A stretch of DNA of 64,000 bases from Perkinsela sp. CCAP 1560/9 (taxonomy: Eukaryota; Protista; Euglenozoa: Kinetoplastea), in assembly GCA_965644495.1 (NCBI GenBank), contig CBFFSA010000004.1, positions 186,001 to 250,000 on the forward strand. The letters are read 5' to 3'. Both the position numbers and the translations under genes were made by a program. The notes below the pieces were generated by a model. That model had not been told where the DNA came from. It worked only from the letters and a program-made list of their open reading frames with translations, and ran no database searches. How positions within the stretch are numbered: the first letter of the stretch is position 1; each line of letters begins with the position of its first letter. This document shows positions 32,061 through 44,114 of the stretch, in pieces.

Positions 32061-33399
32061 AATTCAGAATAACATATAAATAAATATTTATGCATTGATG
32101 AAAATAGCCACGTTTAGTATTTTTTATTACACTACAATATATTAATTTTATTCGTATATTCGTGCTACACGCTCTTGATCTGTTTCTTTTCTTACATCAT
32201 ATACCAATGAAAAATATGTGAGGAAGCGTTTATGCGCGGAATGCGAGATCTGAGCTCCTTTCACCCCTCAACTCACTTTTTCACGCACTCGACTCAACTT
32301 TCGCTCAGGATAAGCATCCTTTCACCTCTCTGTGCGCATCTGCGCTGTGGTAAACCAAATCAATTCCTGATTTTTAAGGAAGTTTATTGGTTAATTTGTT
32401 AAGTAACTGTTGGAGAATGAAGCATTCAGCATATTCTTCTGCTTCCTTTGTCTTGAACGTTGAATTGCTTGAGGTTTTCCATGCGTCCGTTGATTACGAT
32501 TAGTAAATACCCAGTCTACAAAAAAGTAGTATCTCATAGTATATACTATAGTATATACTAGCTGAATACTAGTGTTTTAGTATATACTAGTATACTAGTT
32601 AGACTATGAGTCTAATGCTTCATTGCTCGCTTAAAGCAGCATCAACTTTTCTATAACAGCCGCCATATGAAGCACGTTCTACGTTCATTCTTTGGCTTGC
32701 TATGGAACGCTGAGTGCGTTCACTGGGAAGTCGAAAAGCCAAATCTTTACCCCGATTCCGTGGAGCACTTAAAAGAAACTGATTCGCGAGTCGCTGAGTG
32801 GAAGACACGAAGTTTCTGCTCCTGTAAGTTTCATAAGGATGATAAAGAAGATCAAGCGTATATCAAAAAGTATCGCGATCATACTAAACTACTGGTTCAC
32901 ATGTCCGGAGTGCGCCCTGGTAAATGTCCTGCACATGGGGTAAAAGGAAAAACTACGTATCTGAGGTTGACGAAGAGCGAGATAAAGGACAGGGATTCTG
33001 AAATAAGAAAGCAGAAAAGAATTGATCAGCAGGAACGAAGGAAACAAAGCAAACGACTTAATCGTCAAGCTCTTTCGGAATTTAAGCAAGGTGAATAAAG
33101 CAGTCACATGTAGTAGTCGTACATGTATGAATGGTCCATGTATGTATGGACAGAGTAATATTAGTAGTTGACACTGAAAGCAATGATAATTTCGTATGAT
33201 TTGACCATATCTATACTTTAAACCTATGTAGAACACTATTACTCTATTGCCGAACCCCTACATGGACCACGAACTAGTCTCCGTACTCGCTCCCTACACA
33301 CCTGCTGCACCCCCTGCGCCCCCCACCTGGACCCGACTTCCACCCCCTGGAACCCCCACCCGGATCCTCCAGCGAACTCCATAGCCGAAAAAAACGCCA

Positions 33400-34137
33400 A
33401 GTAAAAAAAAACGGGGGTGCCGGGGTGATGGCATGGATGGGATATAGTGTAATACATGGTTGGTGGTTTCATATTTTTGAAGCTACATCCTCTGTAATGG
33501 GAGCAAGTCTTAGGGAGGCTCTGAATGACACAGGTGTTATTGAATATTTTAGAAATCACCGAAATGCAATACTTCAATATGATGGGGCGTCTACTCACAA
33601 TATTTTAAAAAGAAACACGAAAGCTGGAAGTTTAAAATGGCCCCCCAAATCCCCTGATTTAAATCCTATTGAAACTATATGGGGAATGATGGAGTATTAT
33701 CAAAAAAAATATAACCAAAGCTCAAAATCGAGGCGAGTTGAGCCGAGTTTTGAGGGATGTTTTGCAATGAGTGAAGGATAATAAGGCTGATACTGTAGAA
33801 AATATGTGTAAGAATTATTTAAAGCGTATGCATCTATAATAATAGAGAAGAAGGTAATAGAGAAGAAAGGAGATCACATAGGCTATTAAACTGGCGGATT
33901 CGACGCACTTTAGATTTTCTTTCACCAAAACATTTTCATATTTTTGCGAAAAAAAATGTTAAAAATCCATATAATATTTTTTTTGACCTCAGCCCGCCGT
34001 TTCGTTTTATTTAACTAAACTGAGCTAAAAAAAAAAACGCTCTACTTTTTTATTCTACACATTTTCAAAAAAAAGATAAGCTCTCAACTCCACCTGTACG
34101 AAAATTAAGGGGGGGGACTTCTATCCTTTAAGGGGTG
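33400..34137 (+). mobile_element. 3' half of a DD29E Tc1/IS630-type element
   Basis: GVMAWMGYS, LQYDGASTH, WPPKSPDLNPIETIW. Right end ATCCTTTAAGGGGTG|TA. Confidence 0.8.
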
Positions 34138-34139
34138 TA

Positions 34140-35026
34140 TAATACAACCCTACTTATTTTGCTTCTAAATCGAAAATTCTTTCAATCGTTTCATTCTCTC
34201 TCTATGTTTGGCATCTCGGCAGCACAGGTGAGGGAGTTCTACAGCGAGCTCCGACGTGTGCATGGACCCGATGTTACGGAGACTGCTTACCGTCATGTTC
34301 AGTCATCATTGGGCATCTGTTCTCTGAATTGCACATGGGAACAGTTGTACGATGTCCAAAGGGCGTGGCTCTCACCGGACGCCCCGTTGATTTCAATTCG
34401 GACTCTCCGGGATGATTTTACTCGTGTGGCGCAGCTGTGCCGTTCACCCCTGCTCATGAACCCCGAGCTACGGTTTACCCAGGGAGTATCATGGTTATCT
34501 GACGTAACCTGCATGCTGGACGTCACGACGATCCCATGTCGTGCAAGAAAACCGAGAGAAACACCTGATGAAACAACCCGAGATAGCACCTATTCGGGAA
34601 AGCACCGGCAGCACTGCTTCAAGGTGGAAGTTTTGGCTAACTCTGACCGGAATTCCATTTTTCTTTCGCGGACCAGTTGTTGGCAGCATGTATGATGCCA
34701 AAATTTATTAGAGTACTAGTGTGCACCGTACTCTGCTGTTCACTCACCACAAAGATGAAATGTTCTTGACCGATCTAGGGTACATAAGTTGGGCGCACTG
34801 CCTTGTACCCCATAAGAAAAGTGGCCGTGGTCTCACCGATGATGAAAAACGTGTGAATGAAAGGATTTCGCTGATTCGCTCTCGAATTGAGCGACGTTTT
34901 GCACATTTCGATAAGTTTCGTTTTCTTCATGGTACTGATCATGATATACCATGGGTCAGATACGCTTTTGAAATTATTTCTGTAGTTACGTCCATACGGA
35001 CTGCTGGCTACTCAGCCGCAGTATGA
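34140..35026 (+). pseudogene. PIF/Harbinger (DDE_Tnp_4-like) transposase, frameshifted and 5'-truncated
   Basis: LDVTTIPC, YSGKHRQHCFKVEV, GSMYDA, TDLGY, RSRIERRFAHF. Possible right end CCCGCAGCCCC|TCA near 35500. Confidence 0.82.
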
Positions 35027-35879
35027 TTTCGATTCCATTATAAATTTAAGTTTGAAATCGACAAGTGATGGTGAGTGTTTATGTAGTAAAGGGTGCGGTC
35101 TAGTTGAGGGTATCGAAAGCCGCAGAGAGTGGCTTAAGGAAAATATAGATGGCGTTGCCTATGAGCCCAAAAAATCAAGTAGTGTGCTAAATAATATTAT
35201 TTATTCAAGGCTCGTGATAATTTTGTAGTTGTAAATAAGTGTATCAGGGTTACCCCTTTTGGTAAAATCACTCGTATGTTCCTTTTAGTAGATTTGTTAT
35301 TAACCGTACAGATTTGTGACTAACCGTAATTTTCATTCAGATTTCCTCTCCAGCAATGCCCGGATTCATGAAGCCTCGACTTCGCCTTCTACGTCCCGGC
35401 CCCCCACCCCCATCCATTCCACACTCCGCATTCCTGTTCTTGCACTGAGATAAGTAGGTACACCGCACAGAAACCGCACCGAATCCCCACCCGCAGCCCC
35501 TCATGTACACGTTCTTAACATTTTCAATGCTGGCACACACGAACAGCCCCCCAGCCCCGGCCATCATCTCTGCTGAAATGTAGCACCCCCTTTAACATGG
35601 AAACAAAGAATATTTCGAAGAACTTGCCCAACACGCTGTGCGATGTAAACGTTTAGTCAGATATCGCTTTCGTGATCAAACTTCCCCCCCACCCCAATAC
35701 ACTATGCGCCTTACCTCCACGTAAGTTCGAAAAACGCACAGGAAATAAAAGCGTCGCGAAGCGGCGCATTTTTTTTCTTCGGGGGGAGGGGCGGATTCTC
35801 CCCTCTTACGCCCCCCCTAATATGCACAAACTTCAAAAACGTGTGCATACTAAAGGGGGGCTCACAGTATATGAGAGTT

Positions 35880-36384
35880 GGTTATAGAGAACTTGTTATT
35901 CTGCCATCAAACTCAATTACATGTGTTTCGTCTTCAGGAAATCAAGATGCAATTATTGAAAAATTGGTTATCCAACTCCCGCGCTCTTTCTCCAATAGAA
36001 AAGATAGAGCATGGTCCACAATCTTTTCGATGAACATAATCCTTCGAATAATGAAGAGCTTATAAAAAGTGTACGTAAATCTTGGCGTGAATTGACTCAA
36101 AATTCTATTGATGATTCTATTTTGAGCTTCAATGCTTGTCTCACGGCTTGTCACGAACAATGTAAAAAAAGTGAAAAAAATGTAGTCCGTCTCTAAAATA
36201 TATAGATTAGCCTTATTCGTATCGAGGGATTTTATACGAGAACATTGGATTAGGGATTTTTGGTTTCGTTTCTTAGCACGCAAAGTCTTTGCGTTGAGAC
36301 CTGCAAAATGCAACAAAAATCAGCTCAAACGGACGTTCTGTTCAAAAATTAAGAGGGGAGTGCCTTATTGGTGTCTAGGAGTTT
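35880..36384 (+). mobile_element. Decayed 3' copy of the 1050-1982 Tc1/mariner family
   Basis: WSMVHNLFDEHNPSNNEELIKSVRKSWREL, plus a similar right TIR. Confidence 0.7.
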
Positions 36385-36463
36385 AAGTGCGCTCCCGAAA
36401 TAATAAGTGTTTCCAGAATAATAAAAACAAACGGAATAATAAGTGTGCGGGGGGTTTAACCAC

Positions 36464-37443
36464 TTTTACAGATGTACTTGATCTATCCATTTTCTCTAAC
36501 CCGCAAAAGCATAATTTTTAACAGACTAAGTCTTGTGCACGTAAACTCATTTTTTTTGTGCGAAAAAAACCTATTAGTAAATGATAATGATCCTACACGT
36601 GGAGGTGCAAATATGTGTATTTGCAGCGCGAAAGCCTTTACAAAAAAAACATAAAATAGCTACAAAGACAGGTAATCTAGTATTTGTTATATAATATTTC
36701 TATTTTATCAACTACATTTAAGAACATTTTACCTTTGAATGAATCGACACGTTTACTTTTTCTTCTCTACCAGCGTTTCAATGAATGCTTTGCCCTTCTT
36801 GCGGAGTCGTGCTGCTTCATCTGAAAGTGCTTTGCGTTGAGCGGCTGACAGCTTCTTATACTTGGCAGACACCTTCTTTACCGCCGCGAGAAAACATGCC
36901 TTATGATTCTTGTGGGTTCCCTTCTCTGCCTGGTATATTGCTGGCATGGTACGCTTTAAGAACAAACCATAAGGAAGGTAGCGTGCGCTTTTCACTTGTG
37001 CTCTGAGCGCTGTTTTCTGTTTCATATTCTGGGCAGCAATCTTATTCAAGGACTGGACTTGAGCAGGACGTAACTTTTTAAAAGCGGCGTGTGCTCCAGC
37101 GAGATCTGGGGCTCCCTTTTTACCTTTGAGAAACTTTGACAAGAACATACCTTTTGCACTTGTCGGTGCTGAGTTTCCAGCCCACGGCTTCTTGATAACT
37201 TTGCGACGAAGCTTTGCGATGTTCTTGGTGAGGTTTGGAAGTGCACGTGAAAACATTACAAGTAGAAAGACAGGGTAAAAGAGAGAGAGAGAGCTGCGTT
37301 CAACAAAGTAGACTTTGTGTGACACAAATGTATAAGAAAGCCCAGCAAATCGTAAAGAAATTATAGCTGAAAAACGGGGAACTTTACCCCTAAATGACAT
37401 TTTTACCCCTTAATGACGTTGGGTACGTCTCTACTTCTTGAAT
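36464..37443. repeat. ~1-kb direct duplication of 11634-12594 (KAP-like gene plus UTRs)
   Basis: Near-identical flanks and coding sequence on visual alignment. Confidence 0.9.
36753..37256 (-). CDS. KAP-like HMG protein, copy 2
   Basis: 167 aa from MFSR, with 14 substitutions relative to 11908-12411. Confidence 0.7.
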   Translation of the reverse strand: MFSRALPNLTKNIAKLRRKVIKKPWAGNSAPTSAKGMFLSKFLKGKKGAPDLAGAHAAFKKLRPAQVQSLNKIAAQNMKQKTALRAQVKSARYLPYGLFLKRTMPAIYQAEKGTHKNHKACFLAAVKKVSAKYKKLSAAQRKALSDEAARLRKKGKAFIETLVEKKK

Positions 37444-38293
37444 TTTAAAAGTGGAATTCGGTGACTACTGTGGTCAAAAAACGTCTCCGCGACGTATGCG
37501 TTCACTTCGTAACTTCCCTATGCCCTGAAAGGAATAATATTCTCCACCATTACATTAGGGATGAATTTAACGAATGGGTTAGCGGAAACTGGTTATAGGA
37601 AGAGCGCGATGCGATTCGCACTGTAGTGAAAAAGCGTTTTCGCTACGTTTTGGGAAGACTTTGTCGTAAGCGACCGGTTCGCGCTTCTTTCCTTTTCCGC
37701 CTGAATACTTGCTGTTTCGTGCGCCTCCGGGGCACCATGCGAATGTTTTTTCAGCGCGTTGTCTTTCACACACAGTAATTGACGCGCAAGACGTCGCCAA
37801 GATTTGGTAGAGACGGAGTCGGCTGTGCGCTGTCGGCCAAAATCTAGCGTGATAGTAGGCCCTTCTGATGCTCTACAACTTAGTGAATATGACCCTGCTC
37901 TCCTTTAGGACACATTGAGTCGTTGCACAACGCGTCGGACATGTGTGCCCGTGTATTGCTCGACAATTCTTCGTTCTGCCTGCACTCTCAAGGGCCGAAA
38001 ACTATATTTTGTGCGCCAGTCTTACATGTAAACATTACATTTATACACTCTACATTTATACACGTTTGACTAAAAACTGCCAAAAAGTATTTTTCGGACC
38101 CCAAGGTCCTGTTTGTGACGAAAAACTGGTGTGGTTGGAGTCGCATTCTCTACCCAATACGTTCGGTAGGCTTTGATTCATGCCAACGAGTGATTTCCCA
38201 CACGCAAATGTCGGTTTTAGTGTTCTGCAAAAATACCCAAAAAACACCACATTTGCTCAAATCCTTCCATTTTCTTCCGGTTTCCAGGCCAAA

Positions 38294-38413
38294 TTTTCTT
38301 TTTTAAGCTCTTCGTTAAACGCGGTGGTAGTTTCCAACGCGAAGCGCGCAGCATGAGTGACTTCTAAGTTGAAAACAACCACCGCGTTTAACAAAGAGCC
38401 TAAAAAAGAAATT
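38294..38413. repeat. ~115-bp palindromic dispersed repeat
   Basis: ~45-bp arms around a ~28-nt loop. Other copies at ~42559-42668 (inverted), ~49173-49293 and, degraded, ~6688-6782. Confidence 0.85.
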
Positions 38414-38426
38414 ATGAACTCAATTA

Positions 38427-38752
38427 CTGTACCCCTCCTGTTTATAATAGCCTCGACCCCTCCCCCCCTTTTGAGGTTCTTTTTTTGGCAAACTGGGGAA
38501 GATTTTTTTTAATTTTCTTGCACCGTCTTAAATATTTTGATATTTTCATGTGTTTCGAGGTATGGCGCGTGTTCGTGCTGGACATTTTACTTTGGAAGAG
38601 CGCCGAGGCCCACTTAGCGATTGAATAATTCCTGGTTCCTCGCTCCCGAATGTATAGCAATTTCTGTGCTAACTCTGAATCTTCAATCGCCCTCCCCCCT
38701 TTATAGGTTCATTTGGGCGAAAGCGAGGCTATTATAAACGAGGGGGGTGCAG
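38427..38752. mobile_element. MITE
   Basis: TIRs CTGTACCCCTCCTGTTTATAATAGCCTCG / CGAGGCTATTATAAACGAGGGGGGTGCAG, TA TSD. Confidence 0.8.
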
Positions 38753-39019
38753 TAAATTACTGTCCCCCCCGTTTAAGCGCACCTCGTTTTCCGTGAAAAG
38801 TGCACTTAAACGGGGGTGTCTGAATCAGTACATAAAAAATATTTGGCGCCGCTTCGCGGCGACGAAGTCTGCACCTCAACTCTATGTGCGCTTAAACGGG
38901 GGGGGTCTGACCGGGTGACTGACAAAACAAAAAACTCCGTACATATCTCAAAATTTTTATACGAAATCATGTAGAAAAGTACTGTCACCTCCCCTTTCTA
39001 CTTCCTGTGACTCAGCAGC

Positions 39020-39831
39020 TCAGAAAAAGAATTGGGGCATTGCAGGTTCATGCTGGATAATATTTGGTGGAATTTCGAGAAGCGAGTGCGGCATCAAGTA
39101 TTCTTCAAACGAATTTCCCGATAGCAGTACTCGAGGCGGCGAGGCTCCATTCCAATTCTCGCCTATAACAGGGGTTAAGTCGATAATCCCACTCAAGAGA
39201 TTGTTACGGAGTCCCAATTGATTCAAATTAACCGGCAATCCCATCAAGCTCGGAGTCCCCGAAAACTGATTATTGCTTAGGTCAAGATTCGTAATCGAGG
39301 GAGGGAGATCTGAAAAATGTAATGCACCACTAAATCCATTACGGGATAGGTCCAATGTGAAAAGGGACTCGGGGAGATGACTCAAGTCCACCTCTCCGTT
39401 AAGATGATTTTCTTTTACATTAAAAACCAGCAAATTGGGAGGCAGATCACCGAGAGGGAGCAATCCAGTCAGGAGACCGTGGTATCCTGTGACATAGCAT
39501 TGCACCAATGTCCGGGGTAAGTGTCCCAACAAAGAGTACCGCGGAATTTACTCGCGGTGTGATCTTTAAACCACTTGATGCTACTGATATTTTGCCGCGG
39601 ATTACAAGCGACTCCTTTCCATGCACAGAGGGAAACTTCCCGGAGTTGTCCAAAGAAATCGCGTTTGGTAAGAACCCAGGAAAGGTGGCGTTCCGTGAGA
39701 TTGCTGATAAGGGCTGACATGAGCTGATCTTGAGGTGTCAATAGTGCGGACACTTTACCTCGGCGCCCCGACGCGGGAGGTTGGGTATCGGAAGCGAGTA
39801 CCACGTTGCAAAGCAGCATGACGTTCATCAT
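39020..39831 (-). pseudogene. LRR family gene, frameshifted near 39525
   Basis: N-terminus MMNVMLLCNVVLASDTQPP..RGKVSA..LCAWKGVAC is in one frame and the LRRs are in another. Confidence 0.8.
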
Positions 39832-40193
39832 GATTTTGCAAGTATAAATAAACGGTTTGTATGAATAAAAAGGATTGACAACGAAAAGTGTAGTAATCAA
39901 GATTTCCTATTCTTTGTTGACAAGTCGTTGACACACAGAGGCAAGTAACTTTGAAGCACGGAAGAAGAAGTGAATGTAAAAGTACATTCAATAGACAATA
40001 CGCACAGCGTTTGTACCATCAGTACACTAATAGATTAGTCGCGCGAATTTCTTACGTGGTACGGTTTTCATTGTAAATATAAATTTATGTTCTGTAAATC
40101 TTTTTATAGCGAAAACTCAAGATAAAATGAAATTCTATTTTCAAGGGAGCTAACTTTTTGACGAGGGAACTGCACTCACACAACCAATGTATA

Positions 40194-41075
40194 CTACTTA
40201 ATGTGGACAAATTTGGGAATTTCCAAAGACTGCACTTCCAATTGGCACTTATTTCCCCTCAAATCTAAATGTGCCATTGTTGCAGGCAATGAATCAAACG
40301 ATAGTTTTCCCGTAAATGCGTTGTTGCCCAGGGAAAGTGTACACATGAAAGGTGGAAGAGAATGCAATTCCAACCCACCATCCAGATTATTTTGAGACAA
40401 ATACAAAACTTGCAGTTTATTTGGAAGACACTTCAGGTTCACACTTCCCACAAATTGATTTCCGTGAAGAAAAATTCTACTGAGCGTGCCTGGCAACAAA
40501 GTCAAATCCAGATTTCCGAAAAACCCATTATGCGGCAAAGAAATCACTTTCAACGGAGCGTGTAGTGAGGTAAGATCAAGCAAGCCGGAAAACTTCGTCG
40601 CAGATGACCAAAGTTCTTCAAACGCATCAGGTAGTGAGCCGGCATCAAAGGATCCACACAGGGGGTTGTATTGGATGTTTAAATATGTTAGCTTGGGAGG
40701 AAGGAAACGAACTGGGAAATATCCACAAAGCTCATTATCTCCCACACGAAGAGTGCACGTAGTGTGGGGTAAATACTCCCAAGAGAGATTTCCTTTCAAT
40801 GCCCGGGCTGACCAATCGATATCAAGCACTTGATGGTCGGAATTACAAGTGACACCAACCCATAAGCATGCCTCTGTTTCATTATTAGTATTAATTACGG
40901 AACTTGGCGCTAGGTTTTCAATAACGTGTAACATTTGCATATTTTGTGACAGGATGGCTCCTCTCACTTTACCCAGACGTGTTCGAGTGTGGGTTACATC
41001 CGCAACTCCTACCCTTTTGCTTGTCAGGCCTGAAACAGTCACGCAAATAGATATAGTGGTGAATATTTGACTCAT
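40194..41075 (-). CDS. Plant-type LRR protein
   Basis: AD..RLGKVRGAIL, ACLWVGVTC cap and 24-aa LRRs. Confidence 0.9.
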   Translation of the reverse strand: MSQIFTTISICVTVSGLTSKRVGVADVTHTRTRLGKVRGAILSQNMQMLHVIENLAPSSVINTNNETEACLWVGVTCNSDHQVLDIDWSARALKGNLSWEYLPHTTCTLRVGDNELCGYFPVRFLPPKLTYLNIQYNPLCGSFDAGSLPDAFEELWSSATKFSGLLDLTSLHAPLKVISLPHNGFFGNLDLTLLPGTLSRIFLHGNQFVGSVNLKCLPNKLQVLYLSQNNLDGGLELHSLPPFMCTLSLGNNAFTGKLSFDSLPATMAHLDLRGNKCQLEVQSLEIPKFVHIK

Positions 41076-41119
41076 GGAAAATGTGGTAAAGATTTGAAAT
41101 CAGTATTGTGAAGATACAA

Positions 41120-41600
41120 TATGTGTGCCGGGTAAATGGGTAATTACCCACATGGTGGTAAACGCGGGTACTTTACCCAGGTCATTGATCCATTTACCCG
41201 CTTTCACCCTGATTTACCAACCAACCATACGATCCCGTACTACAATAAAGCTCGATGAGTGTGCCAACTTTGCTCAGCAAGTTGTCGCTACAGAAACAGT
41301 ATCTCAATCCATAGAGGGAAAAATCCATCCATCATCCGGTTTTGTAGACGAGTCTTGTGATAAAGAAGTGCTTCTCGCATTCGTGAGGACGCTTCGTCAC
41401 TTTCGCTATGTTCGAACAAGAGCTGCAGCGTAGTTTCGACATGAGTTGTCATCGGTTTCCCCGACATGTCTGAAATTTTTTTCAATGCTGAATGCAAAAC
41501 GCTGCATTGTTCAAGAAATGTAAGCAGCTTGCTTTAATTTCGGAAGCTCCGTACCGGTCCAGCAAACGCTTACATAATGGACTTTGACTTAATAATGGAC
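41120..41600 (-). mobile_element. Remnant of the 6-bp-TSD hAT-like family (end plus coding fragment)
   Basis: End CCGGGTAAATGGGTAATTACCC resembles the 59989/62116 termini. The fragment KPMTTHV..REALLYHKTRL resembles ORF 454-873. Confidence 0.65.
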
Positions 41601-44114
41601 TTTGACGCCCGTGTCTTTTCACTTTCGCTGTACACAAAATAGACGGTCTAGTGGTCCTCAAGGGAGGCCACCGTGACACATGCCCCTCTCGGAGAGAAAA
41701 AAAGTCGAAGAAAGCCGAGAGAGGTAAGCACACTCACTCCAGGGGAGTGAGTCGGGAAGGGGTAAAGGGGTAGAAGCGCGTCCCCTGCTTCAACAATAGA
41801 GAGAGACAGTTTCGGCCTTAGTACTGGCCGGTAACGGGCATAAAAATACAGTAAGACTATGCCCGTTGCTGGGGAAAGAAAGTCAACAAGGTGCAGAAAC
41901 CGTATCTAAGAAGGGGGCGGCCGGCCGGTGGGGTGATAGGCAGAATATGGCAGAATACGGCAAAACTCAGCTAAACCGGAAAAATAGTCCGCGCCGCTTC
42001 TCGGCGAGTTTGTCTACTGCTTTTGCTAGTATTCGTAACACCAAAATCAGGGGCTCATAACCAGAAGCGAAAGCCAATAATACTTCCAGCACTTTTTAAA
42101 TGCAATAAATATTTCCACACAGACTTACTGTCTTTACACGGACTCTAGTTTTATGTTTGCCGCTGTACGTATTTTTGTCCCCGCGCACATACAGGGGGTG
42201 GCACTTGACCCTGGGGGGTCTAAAATTTGTACAATTTGCTCAATTTTGTAAAATAATAGCGCATTCGAGAGCTCTCTCAGAGTTGTATGTCTTTGGCTTA
42301 TTCGGACCGCTCAAATTAAACGATTTAATCCGGTGAAAAAAACATTATTTTTTTCATGTGAAAATTTGACAATTTTTCTTTTTCCCCCCTTTTTATGCCA
42401 CGAAAGCGAGTTCGCTCGAGGACATGGCGCGATACACTGTCTGCTCGATCCTATTCTTGCCCCGCAAAGCTCAAGGAGAGTCAACTCAAGGAGAATGCTT
42501 TTAGTAGCAGACTATGAGCAAACACAGACGATTTGGATTTCTACCCCGTGTTCCAATAATTTCTTTTTTAGGCTCTTCGTTAAACGCGGTGGTTGTTTTC
42601 AAGTTACTCATGCTGCGAGATTCGCGTTGAAAACTACCACCGCGTTCAACGAACCCACTAAAAAAGAATCGAAGTTTTATTGAAGGAAGCAATGTCAAAA
42701 AATGCGAAGATAAGCTCACGTAGATTTACGAAATTTGCTGTTTTTTTCGCAATTTTTTTTCAGCAAACCGGAGACTTTGCTTTCTACGATGCAGAATCGA
42801 GTAACTATCTTTCTGATGGCGCTTCTTCTTCTTCTTCTTCTTTGTCTTCTTCTTCGAGTACGTCTTCCTCCTACACCTACACGACTCGGACACGAGTTCA
42901 CCTACACGACTCGGACAGATACGGACTCCGACTGGGTACCGGGTGCAACCACTACGGAATCTGACGCTTTTTTGATGATGGGTGGAGTGATGATGAAGGG
43001 GTTAAGGTATACGGTACTATGCGGGGGCTTCCTATGGAGCACGGAGAAGAAATTGAAGGCTATGTGTCGCGTTTGAAAGACGCAGCCCCACTTTAGAAAA
43101 GATTATGCCGACGCCCAGTGAGGTCGAGGTAAACTTCGAAAAGACAAGACCACGGCAATATGACATCACTGTGTCGGAGCTTGTCACAGAAATCAACAAT
43201 TATACTATTTCTTCACCCTTCGATTTTTCTAGTCCTTTTTTCTTCATTAATTCAGTATATTTAAAAGCAAAAATAATTTTCCCGGCAAGTCCTGGACGAG
43301 AGCGGCACGAATATGCATTTGTTTTCCCCCAACTCACTCAGATCGTTTCTGCAGAACCGTCCAGAAACCCTACGATCGACCCTGTAAAGAACCCCCCTGA
43401 TAGGCAGAATATGGTAGAATACTGCAGATCGAGCGGCCATCTCCCCTCTAATATTAGGATTCCCAAGGACGTAGGCGTCTTGTCAAGATGCACCTTCTCG
43501 AAGCACTGAACCATAAAAGTCTAAAGAAAACGACCTTAGAAAAAAAGGTATGCTGCCGAAATCCAAACTTTAGTACGGGGCTTCCATCAAATTCATGTGA
43601 CCAATGCTTCCCCAAAGTTTAATGCAGGTAGGGGAAAAAAATGTTTTTATGCTATCCTTCTTAAAAAAGGAAAGTGTCAGCCTTTTCAATTTTGTGACTA
43701 CTCTCAATACGCAGTAGGAAAAATTCGGAAGGCAATAGAACATCGCCGGTTGCGTCTACAGCAGTGTGGGCCACTGCTCAGGCCTACTACTCAACGGATC
43801 CCTGAAAAAGCCTATCCTTGCAACTTTCTATTCTTGAGTTCGCACGATCTTTGATAACTTCAAAGGTCGAGTCACGCAACCCATTGCGAAGCCTACGTAT
43901 ACAGGTATTCGCAAGCTTATGCCTGATGATTACTTGCTTCTATGCAGACCTTTCCAAACCCTTTACCTCAAACTCGAAGTATGGACAAATTTCGAGAGAC
44001 GCAGTGCATCTCAGGATGGAAAACTTTATGACATGAACCTTTTCACGAGATTCTCCTTTAAATCAACAAAGAAGCTCTGTTACCCCATTGTTGTAGTTGC
44101 CCCCCTTCCCCCCC

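Larger units (their letters stand above)
22802..32608 (+). mobile_element. hAT-like element with 6-bp TSD carrying nested IS30 and CRE elements
   Basis: TIRs CATAGTCTAACTAGTAT...TAGTATATACTATGAGATACTACTTTT at both ends. TSD AGTCTA at 22796-22801 and 32609-32614. Confidence 0.88.
22670..33098 (+). pseudogene. PIF/Harbinger-like transposase C-terminal half split by a 9.8-kb insertion
   Basis: Removing 22802-32608 and one AGTCTA gives HRVDELVIADKAY...FRRIRNRV*CFIARLKQ...MKHVLRSFF in one frame (ADxxY and RxxVExxxxxLK motifs). Confidence 0.75.

Noticed and set aside
37257-37400. 48-aa N-terminal extension of KAP-like copy 2
   Set aside because: It is out of frame in copy 1 because of a GA-repeat length difference, spans a polypyrimidine-like tract, and would mask the presequence.
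42680-44080. Plus-strand ORF fragments possibly from another decayed transposase
   Set aside because: No catalytic motif or paired end could be identified by eye.
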